A stretch of DNA of 64,000 bases from Bugula neritina (GCA_964035545.1 OZ037770.1:12142642-12206641), one strand, 5' to 3'; shown: positions 1-34,730, numbered from the stretch's first letter. Numbers and translations: made by a program. Notes: generated by a model not told the origin, from the sequence alone.

Positions 1-20428
<20,428 letters not shown>

Positions 20429-21379
20429 GATAACGGAAATATATAAAGGATAGACTACTCTGTAAAAAAAAGAGAAATTAAATAAACTTTCTAGTAGAAA
20501 TCTAATCAAAAAATGCTTATATTACCCTGATATGTCATAAAAATTCCTTTATTGTGCCATCCAGCAAAAATTATTAATTCTTTATAACAGATTGAAATTA
20601 AATCAGAAAAATTAGGGATAGTAACTCAAGGCCCAGAGTTAAAGTGGAGTCACCCAGCTGGACAGAAGAAATTTGCATTGCATTTGCATTATATTTATAT
20701 TATATTTATATTATACCAGAACTCCCTAACTTAACACCCCTATAGCAAGGCACTAATAATATAGTTCAGTAACCTTTTCATCCCAGTTTAATTAGTGGAG
20801 CGTAGTTAAAACTAGTTTTAAATAATAAGCACTTATAATTATATTCATTTATCATAATAAATATTAAGAGCACAAATTTAATCGCTATTTGAATTTGGTT
20901 TCAGACAATAAGGAATGCAACTGTGCTTTTGTTTCTAAATAAAGTCAAATAAAACCAAAATAAAATGAAAAGCTGAAAACACACACTTGAAATACTATTT
21001 TGGCCCTAATAGTAATATTGATCATCATACCCAATGATACTCATGATCATTATCAAACTAAAAGTAATGATATCAAAATTTCATGAGTTACACTTTCACA
21101 CAGTTACAATTTTGCTAGTCAAAGTGCTACAACAAAGGTTTTGACTGAACTGACAATTTTATGGATTGCTGCAAATTTTAGAGATTTGGGCTTATCAAAA
21201 TTTTAGCGGTTACTTCACATTTTTCCTGTTTACATAGATTGGGCAATTACTTGAAGCTACACTAGCAATCAACTTGAGAACTTGCAAAGGACCCAATCAA
21301 GTCAATTTTCAAATACTGCATTTCAAAATTAGCATTATCATTATGATTATCTTGATCCCTAAAATCAACAACCACTACA

Positions 21380-21905
21380 CTATGGCTATTACTATTTACT
21401 ATTAGTACTACTACTTATATTAAACTACCAGGGGGTCTCTTAGCATTACAGTTACCTATTACTATTACTAGTATCACTGCTACTTTTAGTTTTAGAGTAG
21501 GTTATAACCGTACGAGTACGACAGTTTGATTTACAGTTACTGTTAGAGTTCAGTTACAGTTAGTGTTACTGTCAGTGTTACAGTTTCAGTTTGAGTTAGT
21601 GTTACACTCTTAAACTTGAAGTTAAACTTAAAGTTAAACTTATATTAATAATTATTATAGGAACTATAACTATAAGTATAAGTATAAGTATAACTATAAG
21701 TTTTAGTTATACGTATATCAATATCATAATTATATGGTATAGTACCAAAATACCTCAAAGGTTTTCCTAAGGAAAACACTTACAATGGTTCTTGGTCTGA
21801 TCAGATATTACTATCACTACAACTCAAACTATTAATATAAATATACAATTACAACACTCGCACTCAAGCTCATACTGCCACAGTTACAACTACTACTAGT
21901 ACTAG
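21380..21905. repeat. Low-complexity tri/hexamer array (ACT, GTTACA, TATAAG/TATAAC)
   Basis: Shares words with 32280-33290, e.g. gagttagtgttac and tataactataagtataagtata. Confidence 0.6.
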
Positions 21906-22299
21906 CAGCTGGTTCGGCGTTTTCAAAGGGTACTTGGGGATGCTAGTCCTTCCCCAATAACATTTTGCGTAAAAATGATTTGGTTTGAAGGCGTCGACAG
22001 TAACACCCATTCTCTGAGCTCTAAACCCTGAGCTATGGTTAGCCAAATGGCTGTGCATCATTTACGAATTGAGAAGATAACTCTATAACAACATTTTGTT
22101 TCGTTTTATAATTGATATGTGAAGTGTTTAATCTTGCATAACTGATTTTATAAGAATTTATTTTATAGCCGTACGTGATCATTGAATTGATTTTTGTAAG
22201 TAATTCATGTCATATTTACTAATTAACAAATGCAATTTGTCATAATTTCAAGAAAACATAAATGTAATAAACCTTGAAGCAGTAAATATAAAAAACCAC

Positions 22300-22480
22300 T
22301 TTCCCTGGGAGAATCCCTGATGGAAAGAGTTTTTAAATCAGGGTAAGGACTTATTCATATGTGGCATAAAAGCAATTATGACCATATGCTCTTCCTAACA
22401 TCACCAATGGCCTTTGTCTGGGCTCGAACACATGACTTAATGTTTACACAGCCAACACTCTAACCCGTAGACTACAGCTA
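22300..22480 (-). mobile_element. tRNA-derived SINE copy
   Basis: Same family body and head. Confidence 0.75.
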
Positions 22481-23109
22481 TACACAAATTATATTAAGGC
22501 TCTCCCTTTAGCTCAGCATTTTGAAAGGCTCATAACAATCCTAGAGTTACTTGAGCACCCTGGGCTTTAACATGTTTAAACATTTTATATTTCAAATATT
22601 CTTCTTTGGTACAAACATATATTTCTTCCATTGTGAACCATAATACTCTGTTCCATGCTGACGAAGGGACAGCCTCTGAAACAGCTGCTATTTCAGACAA
22701 ATATTTAGTAACTGTTGACGTATGCTTTACAGGCGTTTTTAAATGAAACGTACACTTATTATATTTTAGATTTCATTGCATATAAGCATATTTATTGCCA
22801 AAATGTCTCTCTAAGCACTTTACAATTATACTTCTGGTGGTGTACAAATTACTTGAAGAATTTTCAAATCTACTTAAGGAGTTAATCAATTCAAGAACTA
22901 TTGGATTATAGTTCAACTTGGATGGCAATAAAGTGCTAGCTCTAGATAGAGTCTAGTTAGTAATATAATTTTGGGACTTTATAGTTGTATCATTATTTGC
23001 AGTTTGGACAAACATATGTCAGCATGAAACGAGATGTGTAAAATAACATGCAACATGTCAAACTAGATAAATAACATAGTACGATGCATGCAGTATATAT
23101 ACCTTTTTG

Positions 23110-23317
23110 AGTATATACGTGTGTGCTTGCGCGAGTGCGCGAGTGCGTGTGTGTGTGCGTGTGTGCGTGTGTGCGTGTGTGCGTATGTGTATGTGTATGC
23201 ACGCATGTCCGCATGTATATATATATATATATATGACTGTGAGATATAGTGCGCTGCTAAAAAGAGCTCAATGTTTAAAACTCAAATTCACAAATTTAAC
23301 TGTGACATTTTAACTCT

Positions 23318-23410
<93 letters not shown>
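23110..23410. repeat. Compound (GT/GC)n + (TA)n microsatellites
   Basis: GTGTGCGT array at 23118-23200 and TA run at 23322-23410. Confidence 0.9.
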
Positions 23411-23413
<3 letters not shown>

Positions 23414-23536
23414 GCTCAAAAGGGTGTATACTGTATGCATTCACTATATTATTATACATCTTGTTTAATCTTATTTAATATGTCCAAACTGCAAATATAT
23501 AGCCACAAATCTTTCACTCAAATTGAAATATTTCAG

Positions 23537-23983
23537 GGTAAAGTGATATTTTTTACTGAAGAAACAGGCTTTGATGGATCAGTCTCTAAGCTGGAATATG
23601 TGGGTGAGAATAAACTGGGAAGAGATTATCTACTAATTGGTATGCCTATATTTCGAGTAACAAGCTTCTTTTATCTATATAAAGTTTTGTTGTATAGGTA
23701 TTGAGATTTAAAGTATGCAAGTTACAGTACCAATGTATATTCTATTAATAACAAAATGTGTATTATATGGATGCAATAGACCCTTTTCAGTGGTCTCCAA
23801 TGTCCCGCTAAAATTAAGAGTTGTGTCCTCCCAACATGCAAAAATGTTGCCTAAAATATGCTTGAACGCATTTTTGTGGATTTGTGAGTGTAAAGCACAT
23901 TATATATTATTTTTTGGTATAAATTATTAGTATGCCGTTGTATAATATATATATATGTATCATTAACAATCTGAACACACTAC

Positions 23984-24062
<79 letters not shown>

Positions 24063-25076
24063 AAATACGATATACAGGTTCCAACAGACCTTAGAATATA
24101 AGTCTTGCAGTAGACCTGGAGCAGTCTGATGCTGAAAGTGCATATAGCATAACTTGGTTCAGTAAGTAGAACAGTTAGCAGCTCCTAGTAAAAAGGAAGT
24201 TAATTGAGTTTTTATTCTCTAAATTTCATCATATTTTGTTCGAAATGCATAAAATTATATCAAATCTAATTATTTTGGTAACTCGATCACTGTAATTGCT
24301 TGTTTATAATTTGAAACTAAGTGTTTTATCTACGCAGCTATATAATATATTACTTGTGTTTTTGGTAAATAAGAAGCAAACACCAAGAACCAGTTTACTT
24401 CTAGGCTACATGCAGTATAATTATGCAAATAAAAATTAAAAAATGAAGTGAAATTTTACCTTGAAAGATTTGAATCATCAAAATTTTAACCCATTAGCTG
24501 TTAACTGACCCAAGTGTGTGTCTCTCTACATAATTTGTATATATACATTATTTTGTACTCTGAAGATGATTTTGGACCTGAAAAAGCATAGTATTGGTGT
24601 TTTGGTTTTAGCAGGCATATTTTATTACTCTTTCAGTTACTTATTTGCATTAGAACTTTGAGTAGAAGTCAATATTTTTAAGCTCTAGTCCTTCATTTAA
24701 CTTCAGTAAGAGTAAGAAGTTGATGCAGTATGCATAAGAGTGTATATAACTAATATGGTTGTACTTTCACCTGTTAAACTTCATGCATGGCAAAACTTTA
24801 CATAACATATATATATATTATATATGTATATATATGTTATAGCAAGTTTTATTGGCCAGTTGAGCCAGTATAATAATTGCATGACTCGTAATTTCAAAAC
24901 ATGAGCCTCACTGATCACTAAGTCGACTCCAGAGTCTCAACAGAAGAGACAAGTCGTTTTCTGCATAATGAATGTTTACACTTCATTTCTATTTCACTAT
25001 AGATATCAATTCACAGACTCTTATCAGGAAGAGAGGTGGTCTGATTAAGGTAAATTGTGAAGCTGGCGAAAAATGA
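23537..25076 (+). pseudogene. Inverted partial paralog of the lectin/CUB receptor: three exons with an in-frame TAG, ending before the TM exon
   Basis: 23537-23639 (103 nt, GKVIFFTEETGFDGSVSKLEYVGENKLGRDYLLI) matches 6911-7013 (103 nt). 24078-24161 (84 nt, GSNRP*NISLAVDLEQSDAESAYSITWF) matches 4229-4312 (84 nt, GNKEPWKVSVTVDVEQSDEDSAYQISWY). 25003-25076 (NINSQTLIRKRGGLIKVNCEAGEK*) matches 3580-3666. The AG/GT sites are intact. TAG at 24092-24094 replaces Trp. Confidence 0.8.
23986..24056. repeat. (TA)n microsatellite
   Basis: Pure TA run. Confidence 0.95.
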
Positions 25077-25993
25077 TTGATTTATTGATCTATCCAGGGA
25101 ATGTCTTCAGTAGTGACCATGAATTATAATTGTCGTTTTGATTGTCTATAAAATTATGTAAGAAAATTAGCAAAATTCTTTAAACTTTTTTTGTGATATA
25201 TTAATTTGTGTTATACATTGATTTTTGTGCTTTGAATTTTCTAACTTTTGAATCCTATAAAATATATGTTGCTTTATAGTGCTAAAAATATAACATAAAA
25301 AGTTATACAAACCATTGCTTATTATTGTGTGGTGTTTTTTAAAAGCATTTCAAACTACGATTTATATTACAAGCTTTAGAAAAGTTTATGCATGTAAGCT
25401 TTGCAGCCTTAACTAAATAAACAAATATATTCAATATATTACTCTTTAGTATTTTATGCTGAAAAAGCTAATTTTTTTTAAAAATATTAGTGACGTGGCA
25501 AGACAATTATTCAAATTCAAATGCCTGATAATTTTACCCTTTTGAATTAAGCTAAAGCACTAAGCTTTACATTCAAATCATACAAATAAATATTGTTGAA
25601 CTGAAAAACATGAACTACACTATTCATAGAAGATCTTAGAGAATCCTTGACACAATTCACTTATGCAGTACTAACATATTCTTATACATATCTTAGTTTT
25701 CATCTACATACTGCTTTGAGGTTGTATGCCTAAACAATTTTGTTTTATAATACATTTTGTGTGAGTATTTGCTGGAATGATTTGGGATTTCAGACCGTTT
25801 GCTGATGATGCTTTGACATTACTGCTACTATAAAACTTATACTGATTATAGCTAGCTTTCATTGCATGTTATTATTAGCTGCTGCACTGCACAGCATAAT
25901 CACTGCTATAGCTTGAAAGTTTAAACTTTTAACTTTAAAACCATACCAAAGAAGTGAGAGATATCAGTAAAACACCAGCAGCCTAGTTTAATA

Positions 25994-28900
25994 TCATTCA
26001 GATTTTATTTTACTTATTTTGATATAACGATAATGAACAATAACATAACCAGCCAGAGCGAGGAGAGTACACACTGCGCCACAGTACAGAGTTACAGATA
26101 TACCAAAATGTTGCATAAGATGGCCGGCAAACAGAGGTGTGATTAGTCTGGCTGAAGACATGACGGTACCGGAAATACCCACCAGGTACCCCGTGTTGTG
26201 TTTACCCAGCACCAGAGTGGTGTAGCTCTGTAGGGACACTTTACCCAGCATAGTGGAGGTACTCATGAAAGCTATAATTACATAGAGGCTAGTAAGATCG
26301 GGCACGTTTGATACGGCCACCATGGTAACTGCCGAAATTAAACAGGAAATCAAGAGCTGAGCGATTCGTGAGGAGACAATCACAGAAATGTACTTCATCT
26401 GCGAACCAATCAGTGTCTGTATGACTCCATTGAAGGATATCAGCCATCCAGTCTAGAAACAGAGGAGCATTCAGTGCAGGACTACTAATTGGAAATGTAA
26501 AGTCCTAAATATATACATACAGCAAAATATAAAATCGAAATGAAATGTTGAGTTAAGCATAATAGCGTGCCTATGTTATTAACTTATGTAGGTGTCATGT
26601 GAAACATTTACCTGTAAGTGTGTCATGTGAAACATTTACCTGTAAGTGTGTCATGTGAAACATTTACCTGTAAGTGTGTCAAGTGATTGACTTACCTGTG
26701 CAGGTGTCAGGTGAAACATCTCTCTATACATTAGACTGTAACTGAACCTCCACAAGTGTCCAGTTATGCCCAGTAGAAGTCGACAAGACATGATTAGGAC
26801 TAGAGAGACGTTGTCTATGGTCGATGGTGAAAGTGAGGCTTTAGACCTGTGGCAATACAATGATAAACTTACATAGCTTAACATGTGGCCATACAATAAT
26901 ACACTAATTAAAGCTTCTCATGTGGCGATACACCAATGATTTTACCTTACTATTTCATATGGTGATAGAGCAACAAACTTATACAACAATCACAGTAGCG
27001 GAGCAAAACTGCTTTTGAATATAGCGGAATTAGAGAGAGCTTACACACGAATAGCTACTATATTGATGAACTGTTACCAGTTGCTATGGGTGATGGCAAT
27101 GACCTTTAACCTTACATTACATAACAGCAGCCTGTACTTACTGGGCTTTATCTTTGGAGTTGTCTGACTTATTTTTTTCACCATCTTGTGGAAGGTATAT
27201 AAATATCAAAGCTACAAACACATAAGTAGACCTTGCATAATTTGAACCCTTTAGTGGAATTTATAAATATACATGCTACTGGAATAAAGCAGGTGGGATA
27301 CCAAGTGAAACTACCACGAATTGACAACACATTTTTCCCTACAGTTACACTTTTCAAACTGTCACTCACTTTTATGATGAAGAGCTCAAGCAACCACCAT
27401 TACGCCAAAACGCATTGCCTTTACATCAAATTACCTTCATATTGTTCGCAACAAAATGAGATAATATACCAAAGCAGGATACAATTCTTTTACTCAATTA
27501 AACAAAATAATAAATTAAATTAAATGTATTAAAAACACCTTAATTCACTTTTAGATAAAAAATAGCAATAATAGCAAAATAAAATAACAGTAACAAATAA
27601 AATGCCCCCTTTTAAAATATGAATAATAGTTTGAATTTATTTACAGGTGATGGTGTTATTGAAAATCCTTCCTTATATTGGGGTAGACTGATTGATCTAA
27701 AAAAGGTATACATGTGTTCACCACTATTTCCTAATGCCATTGGCAGCAGTTGTGGTGTAAGAAGAAACATTGGCAGGGGCAGCAAAAATAGCCATCACGT
27801 CCCCTAGTATAAGGAGCACCACATTTTAAATCCAGTTTTTCTTTCCCCCAATACAACACTGGAAGTGACTTTATTGATGGATTAAAATACTGATGTGTAC
27901 AGATTATTATGATATGTTATTAGATACTGACCTGTGTTGACCAGGTATATAACAAACACACAGAGTCCAATCTTGAAATATCCATCGTCCGTTTGCATGA
28001 GGTATCCGGCAATAGGAGGGGAGACGATAAACGCCAGACTACAGGCGGACTGGTAACTGTAATATTACAGGATTATTCTGTTTCATCACAATATATAGAT
28101 CTTTAAAATAATCTCAATTGAAACATGCTGAATTTAACTGGAAGATGCGCTAAAGAAATTTTTAACTGCTTCAATATTAATTAACAATTTAGTCTAACAA
28201 TCTACAGGTTAAACAAATAATTGTAGGCCCCATTATTGAGCATCTGTGTAAATAATGACGGATAAAAAAATAGTTGACAAACAACTAAGGCACTTCCGAA
28301 AATATAAGTTTCACTAAAAGGATTGATCTTTCATTCAAGTAATATAATTTATATAACTACACAATGTAGTATTCGAATTACACAAATTTTAATTCAATAT
28401 TATTTAAATGTAAAAATTCTATCAAAAATATTCTTTTTGATACTATAATTCATTTTAATTTTTAGCTGATTTCAGTTCTAAGTTAATACAGTTGCTTTTC
28501 ATAAATTATGTTGGAGATAGATTTTTTTATTAAAATCCAGTTGAGTGGAATTATCCCCCCTTCAACCTTTACAGATCCGAACACACTTTAGAGCTGAAAA
28601 TCTGCTTGTGATCCTGAGTAAATAAAACAAGTTAAATTAGCATGGCAACTGTTTTGGCAAGGAAATCACACGTGCTCAAGCTGATTGGAATTATTCAGGA
28701 GGTTCTGTTCTAAAAATAGTTTTAGATATCAGTAACTATTCTGCTTTTTAAAATCAAATGTGAAAATAAATTTAATTTTTATTATATTTTATTTCAATGA
28801 GATGAACCTGCATCAAGGTTAAATTATCAATATGGTAATGTCATCTAAAAGATAACTGCAACTATGAAGTTATCTCCTCCGACAAATCCAAATGGCTCTT

Positions 28901-31279
28901 AGTATATACTTACTATCCAAGTGCTTGAGATTCCTGATTTGAACTTTGACCTTTAGTAAGGTCTGACAGTGATGACTGTATGAGATTTAGAGGGTGCTTG
29001 AATATTCCTAAACGAAATACAAGTGATATTACAGACCACGGAACATGAATCTAACCCCATAAAACAAGTGCAAAGAGATTGACATGAAAAATATTTTAAC
29101 ATATGAAAAAGCAGTTTACATGACTGTAACTTGAATATATGTGAGGGAGAATTAGTTATATACAGTGCTTCCTCCGTATCTCACTAAGCTGCAGGTCCCA
29201 AAACCTCAATTTGTGACTTAGTAGAATACCAAATTTAGCTCAGGGATCCTTTAAATTCGGCCATTTTGTCCCTATACACACATATATAAGCCACGAAACA
29301 AAGGTCCAAGCCCTTCTCCAGATGTATGAAATTTCGTGAGAAATGAATAGTGAGATACGGAGGGAGCTATATATCATACTATTTTATATATCATATTATT
29401 GGAGTTGTTCGCTCACCTAGGTAAACTCTGATGATGCCAATGACGAAGAGATTAGTGACAGCACCGAGGAACAAGTAGCCAACACTACACATTGACAGGC
29501 ATACGAGTAATGTCACTTTCTTGCTGTGCTTGTCAGCATATTTACCCTGTGATGGAGATGAGAAAAAATTGCATGTTCAGAGGGTGGAAAACTATCGGCA
29601 TATACAGCAAATTCATTCGCATTAGCCAAAATTGGTTTTACTAAATCAACAACTTGACTGATGATTCATAGTATTAGCCTCTGATCAGACAGCTGGCTAT
29701 AGAATAGCTAGGGTTGTCTAAGGTTGGCCCCCTTTCTTTTACACACAGGTGATTTTAGCTCTTAAACTACGACAACACATCAGGCCTTCACCAAATGACA
29801 TACATTATTCTACTGCATTATTTCATCATATTATATTACACTGCTATATTACACTATTATACCATCAGATCATATTAGATTATACCATTATATCATATTA
29901 GATTTGATTATTATATTCCATTATATACAAAACATATTATTATCTACTGCCTCCATATACTTTAAGCATACCACTGTGTTCTATAATATACCGTTTGAGT
30001 TTGATTAAAAGTGATACGTCAAAGCTGTGTGTGCACTCGACAGCAAAATTACGTGATACTAATATCAAACAATGCCATTTTAACTTATAAGCTTTACCGT
30101 GTCGCAAGAAAATCTGAAAAATAAAAGAGTGACAACTAGTGAGGGTAGAACAACTCTAGTGATGGTTGGAATAACCAAAGGGGCCCGGTACCACCTAGTA
30201 ACAACTAGCTGTCAGAAAGGTGCACTTACCACCAACGGGGAAGAAAGAAGTTGAACAAAACCGTACAATGAGCCTGCAAACATAGTCAATGATCGTAGAG
30301 TCTGTAAATATATTGAATACTTTTGATTTCGCTAAAACACAAAACAAAATTATTAAAATAACACAAACAAAACTGTATAAAACTGCATAGTATAATTACA
30401 AACAAGTTTACAATGGACTATTGAGATGTATCTCTGATATGATGAAACAAAAGATGATGCAATGCGAACTAGTGACCTCTTACCGATATACCCCACAGCA
30501 GTGTGGCTCGCTCCCAGCTGCCGCAGATGACTAGACAGCTGCATGGTCATCATACCAACTCCACAGAGGTCCTACACAGAGTACTCAGTAAGTTACTTCC
30601 TAATATCTACAGTAACTTACACCTACACGGTGTAATCAATAAGTTACAGTCACTAATACCTACAGTGACTTTTCACTTACCCTGAGATCAACCAACAGTA
30701 CAAAACACACTACGTTGCTGAAAAACTAAAGTTTGAAATAGATCTACTGCAAAAAATGAACCTTGAAAAGCCTTTTTAGGGAGAAAATAAAATTACTGAT
30801 GCCAATGTTTGTCTGGTAATCAAGTTCATGCAAGCAGAAGGAATATTGTGATATTGAGAAGCAAAAAAGTTCTTAAACAGAGTAAGGCTTGATTCCGCAC
30901 AGTTTACACTAGTACGGTGGGACGAAGACGCGCCCACTTAAACTAGTACATAGAACAAAGCCAATTTAGTGAGATGAAGAACAGACTCTTACAGCCACAA
31001 CAATCAACTCGATGAGAAGGCATAAAAACAAAAGTTACATGTGCAATATTTAGAACAAACTAAAGATTGAAGAGTACTTTTCAAAACAGTATAAAACTAT
31101 AAACAAATAGAAACTTTGAAAAGAATAAAAAACAAATAAAGCAAAAGTTAAACTGAAAATTAATAAATAATTTTGACTTGTGCATGTGTGCGATATAAAG
31201 CAAACAGAAAAAAAAAGTACATATTTTTCTAACTTACCAGAAAAGCTGCTGTAAACAAAACAACAAAAGTCCTTTCCAT
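25994..31279 (-). CDS. MFSD9: Major facilitator superfamily transporter, MFSD9-like
   Basis: Phase-compatible exons: 31238-31279 (MERTFVVLFTAAFL), 30484-30571 (DLCGVGM...QLGASHTAVGYI), 30230-30273 (GSLYGFVQLLSSPLV), 29417-29546 (GKYADKHSKK, MFS motif A), 28914-29007 (GIFKH...LSDL), 27932-28056 (SLAFIVSPPIAGYL), 27142-27211, 26696-26846, 25994-26452. The motifs FLDL.GV, LGAS, GS.YG..QL.SS.LVG and GIFKH recall vertebrate MFSD9. Confidence 0.88.
26592..26680. repeat. 28-bp x3 tandem repeat derived from an MFSD9 exon end/donor
   Basis: Unit gtgtcatgtgaaacatttacctgtaagt resembles cttacctgtgcaggtgtcaggtgaaacat at 26691-26719. Confidence 0.85.
29163..29369. mobile_element. Tc1/mariner-type MITE in an MFSD9 intron
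   Basis: TA|CAGTGCTTCCTCCGTATCTCAC...GTGAGATACGGAGGGAGC, colinear with 6171-6379. Confidence 0.7.
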
Positions 31280-32279
31280 AGTGGTAGGTGATAGTGCAAA
31301 AGGCTGTATCTACAAAATTAAAATTACAAATTAAATAAAATCAAAATTTCACACTCATCCATCCATGTCATTACTAATAAAGCTTGTAAATGTCAAGCAG
31401 TAATATACTTTTTCATAAAATCAAAATTCAAAGTTTTATCTTATTAGAAACATGTGCAGATTGCAGAGCTATGAGAGAATTGAAAATTCGACACAAAGTT
31501 TGACAGACATCTTTAAATGATTTTTTTGAAGATTATATTATGTCATTACACCTTCTTTATAAAATATTTAATTCCAACTGTGCAATATAAGAAACTAAAT
31601 ATATACACAGTTTACTTTTGATTCAAGCTCACTCACTTAATCTATAAAATATTATATCACAATAACTTACACATACTACAAAATGTTGAAATTACGTTAA
31701 TAGATTTGAATGAACACATTTTTGTGGCCATTTTGAATTATACTATAGCATCATTATCATTAACTTCGACAGGTGCATGTGTAGCATTAGCAGAGAGTTT
31801 TTTTATCTCAATGATTACTTGATATGTTATGTTTCAAATTGAGTTTTAATATCAATAGTAATCCACAATGACAGAATAATAAGTATTATTAAAACCAGAC
31901 TTAGCAAAAGCATCAGTTCCAAAATAGATCCACCAACCTGACTTTTAGCCTTTTCCCAATTACTATCACATCGATTGTTACACAAAAGAAAAACTAAATC
32001 AGCATATTTGAAGTTAAATAGATTACTTTTTTTAGAAACTTCTAGTTATACTAATGCCTCTCTTAAAAAAAACTAGATATACAATTATCAATTATACTAC
32101 TACAAGCATGCACCATGATAATTTGTGAATGTTAAAATTTAACATCAGTAATAATTTGATTATATTGAAAAGAAATTTATTTTTTTCTTTGATCAATTTA
32201 TTGTATTCGGCATTACTAAATTAGCATTGTCACTATCATTATGATTATATTTATAGGTAACTAGAAGCATAAAGCAGGC

Positions 32280-33290
32280 GATACTATAATTCATAGTATA
32301 ACTATAAGGTAAATATTAGGCACAAGTTACAACTAATAGTAACATTTACTAATACTAAAACTATTAATTTTAAGAAACTCACACTCAAACTGGCAGTTAT
32401 TAAACCTAATATCCGTATAATCATTACACTTAGAGTTAGTGTTACCTCTTTGGCTTTTAACAATACTAATACTATTACTATCAGTAATACTAATAGTAAT
32501 ACTACTAACTATAACATTGACAATAATTGTGTTAACATAGATATTATAGTAATTATTATAAAAATAATAATTATTATATTTATATTACTATTAGTATTAG
32601 ATCAAAATGATTATAATCAACCTTCAACCTAATTATAATTACTATTAGTATTATAATTATAATACTAACAGTGATAGTACTAAAATTAAATATAACAACA
32701 ATTATATATTTATAATATTTATATATAAATTTGATTTGTATTGATATAATCATCATTTTACAGTCTTCAGTTTTTTTATTTCGTACGTACTCCAATCAAT
32801 ATGAATAAACTTTTTGTTTTAACCAAAGTAATAAATATCAACTTCAATTTCAAGCTTAATTAATAATTATAATTATAATGAATAAATAAATATAATAATA
32901 ACATTAAGTTATTACTTTTACATCAACCTAGTCCTATGGCTATAGAGTTATACTTATAGCCTATCGACCAGCAGTTAAAGTTGCAGCTTGAGCTAATGAT
33001 AATCATAATGATTATCATTATCATTATGATAAACATATTGATTATCATTATCATTATGATAATCATAATGATTAACTGCAAATCTAACAGTAACACTAAC
33101 AGTAACTGTATAACTACAAGCCCAACTCTAGTAGTACTAGGTCTAGTACTGTAAGTGTAGTACTACTACTAGTAGTATAACTATAACTATAACTATAGTA
33201 TAAGTATAACTATAACTATAAGTATAAGTATAGGTTGAAATTGATGTAAAACTAAAAGTATAACTCGTACTCATAGTCATAGCCCATAGG
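32280..33290. repeat. Low-complexity tri/hexamer array upstream of the MFSD9 CDS
   Basis: AAT/ACT/TATAAC/TATAAG/ATC arrays related to 21380-21905. Confidence 0.6.
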
Positions 33291-34238
33291 AATATTGAGC
33301 CATGAGTTAAAGTAGCTGGATTTGGTTTGCTAGATTCTGTCAAATGATTATAGAGATAGTATGCATATATTTTAACTATATATAAAGTCTATAGATAATT
33401 ATATACTTATACTATCACTCTCACTTTGGATTCTACAAAAATGTTCAACAAAACCGTTATATGCCGGAAGCGGTAAAACATAATACTGGAATCGACGAGA
33501 GTCTATCTCAACTAATTTCCTAAATAAGATATCGTCCAAGTTTCGAAAAGACCGAAGTGGTATACAAACGCCTCTCTTAGGTCTACGCACAGTAGCGCCT
33601 ATTGGTAGTTGAACACTTCAAAAGGGTTAAAGTTCAGAAGAGACCGCGCCGATTCACCCCAAATATAACAAGTAAAGCCTTCCAGGCTCACAAGTCACAA
33701 CCAGCGCTTTGAACAACCTGGTTACAGCTAGAAGAATAATGCAGATGATATAGAATAGGTTGAATTTCATGAAGCAATGAAATTGATATTTGTATGAGGC
33801 TGCTATAAATGTTTAAGCTGTAACTCAGGGGAGAGTACCTACTCCTAATTATAAATTTATTAACCAGTGACAAGGGAAAGGGCAATAAAACATGCTATAA
33901 AAGAAAATGAGAAAATGTAGAACAAATAAAATAAAGAATAAATAGTAAACATATTTGGCTATCAAAAGAAGTTCACATTTGATGAATATTATATTTTTTA
34001 GCAAAACTTTAATGGAAAGCTTTATTTTTCCTAATTAACAGATAGTGGTGTAATAGTCAGCATGATGCATGGTGAATTTAGTATGAAAACAGTGTTATAT
34101 ATATTAAGAAGGTCACATAAACAATCCTTTCAAACCTGTAAGCTGTAAATAATTTAAATTGTGAGAAATTCAAAGTAGGCCTACTGATTTCAAGAAAGAA
34201 AGAGAAGACAACTTTATAATAAGATCACCCAATTATAA

Positions 34239-34582
34239 GCTTAGGGCCACACGGTGCGTATTTTCGCATGCGAAAATTGAAATCACAAGTAGCAAAGGTG
34301 TCCACTGTGCGCGTTGAGAAAACATTCGCACTTGTCGCTCAGCATTTTCAACGCAAGTGCGAATCGTCTCTGTCGCCGTCACCTAATTGGCTGGTAGTTA
34401 TTCAGCGAGCTCAATTTCTTTATTTTAGTGCTACATTCCAGTAAATTGCGTTTTATTGAAAGCGAGTGCGATTTAAGAATGAGAGCTTTATTTATCACGC
34501 ATCACTGACGCTACAGTGGACACCTTTGCTACTTGTGATTTCAATTTTCGCATGCGAAAATACGCACCGTGTGGCCCTAGGC
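34239..34582. mobile_element. PIF/Harbinger (Tourist-like) MITE, copy A
   Basis: ~70-bp TIRs (GCYTAGGGCCACACGGTGCGTATTTTCGCATGCGAAAATTG...), flanked by TAA on both sides. No coding capacity. Confidence 0.88.
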
Positions 34583-34730
34583 TAACTTTTCTGTGACATT
34601 TTAAGATATTATAGTTATTAGAGTAGAACAGTTTTTAGATAGCATGATGAGTGTATAACTGTGTGTCACAGAGCATTCCATACGTCAATTAGAATGTAAT
34701 ATATACTCTGGTCTTTGCTGATGACAGGAC

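Noticed and set aside
32450-33343. Asn/Ile/Thr/Tyr-rich ORFs
   Set aside because: Products of low-complexity AAT/ACT/TATAAC arrays.
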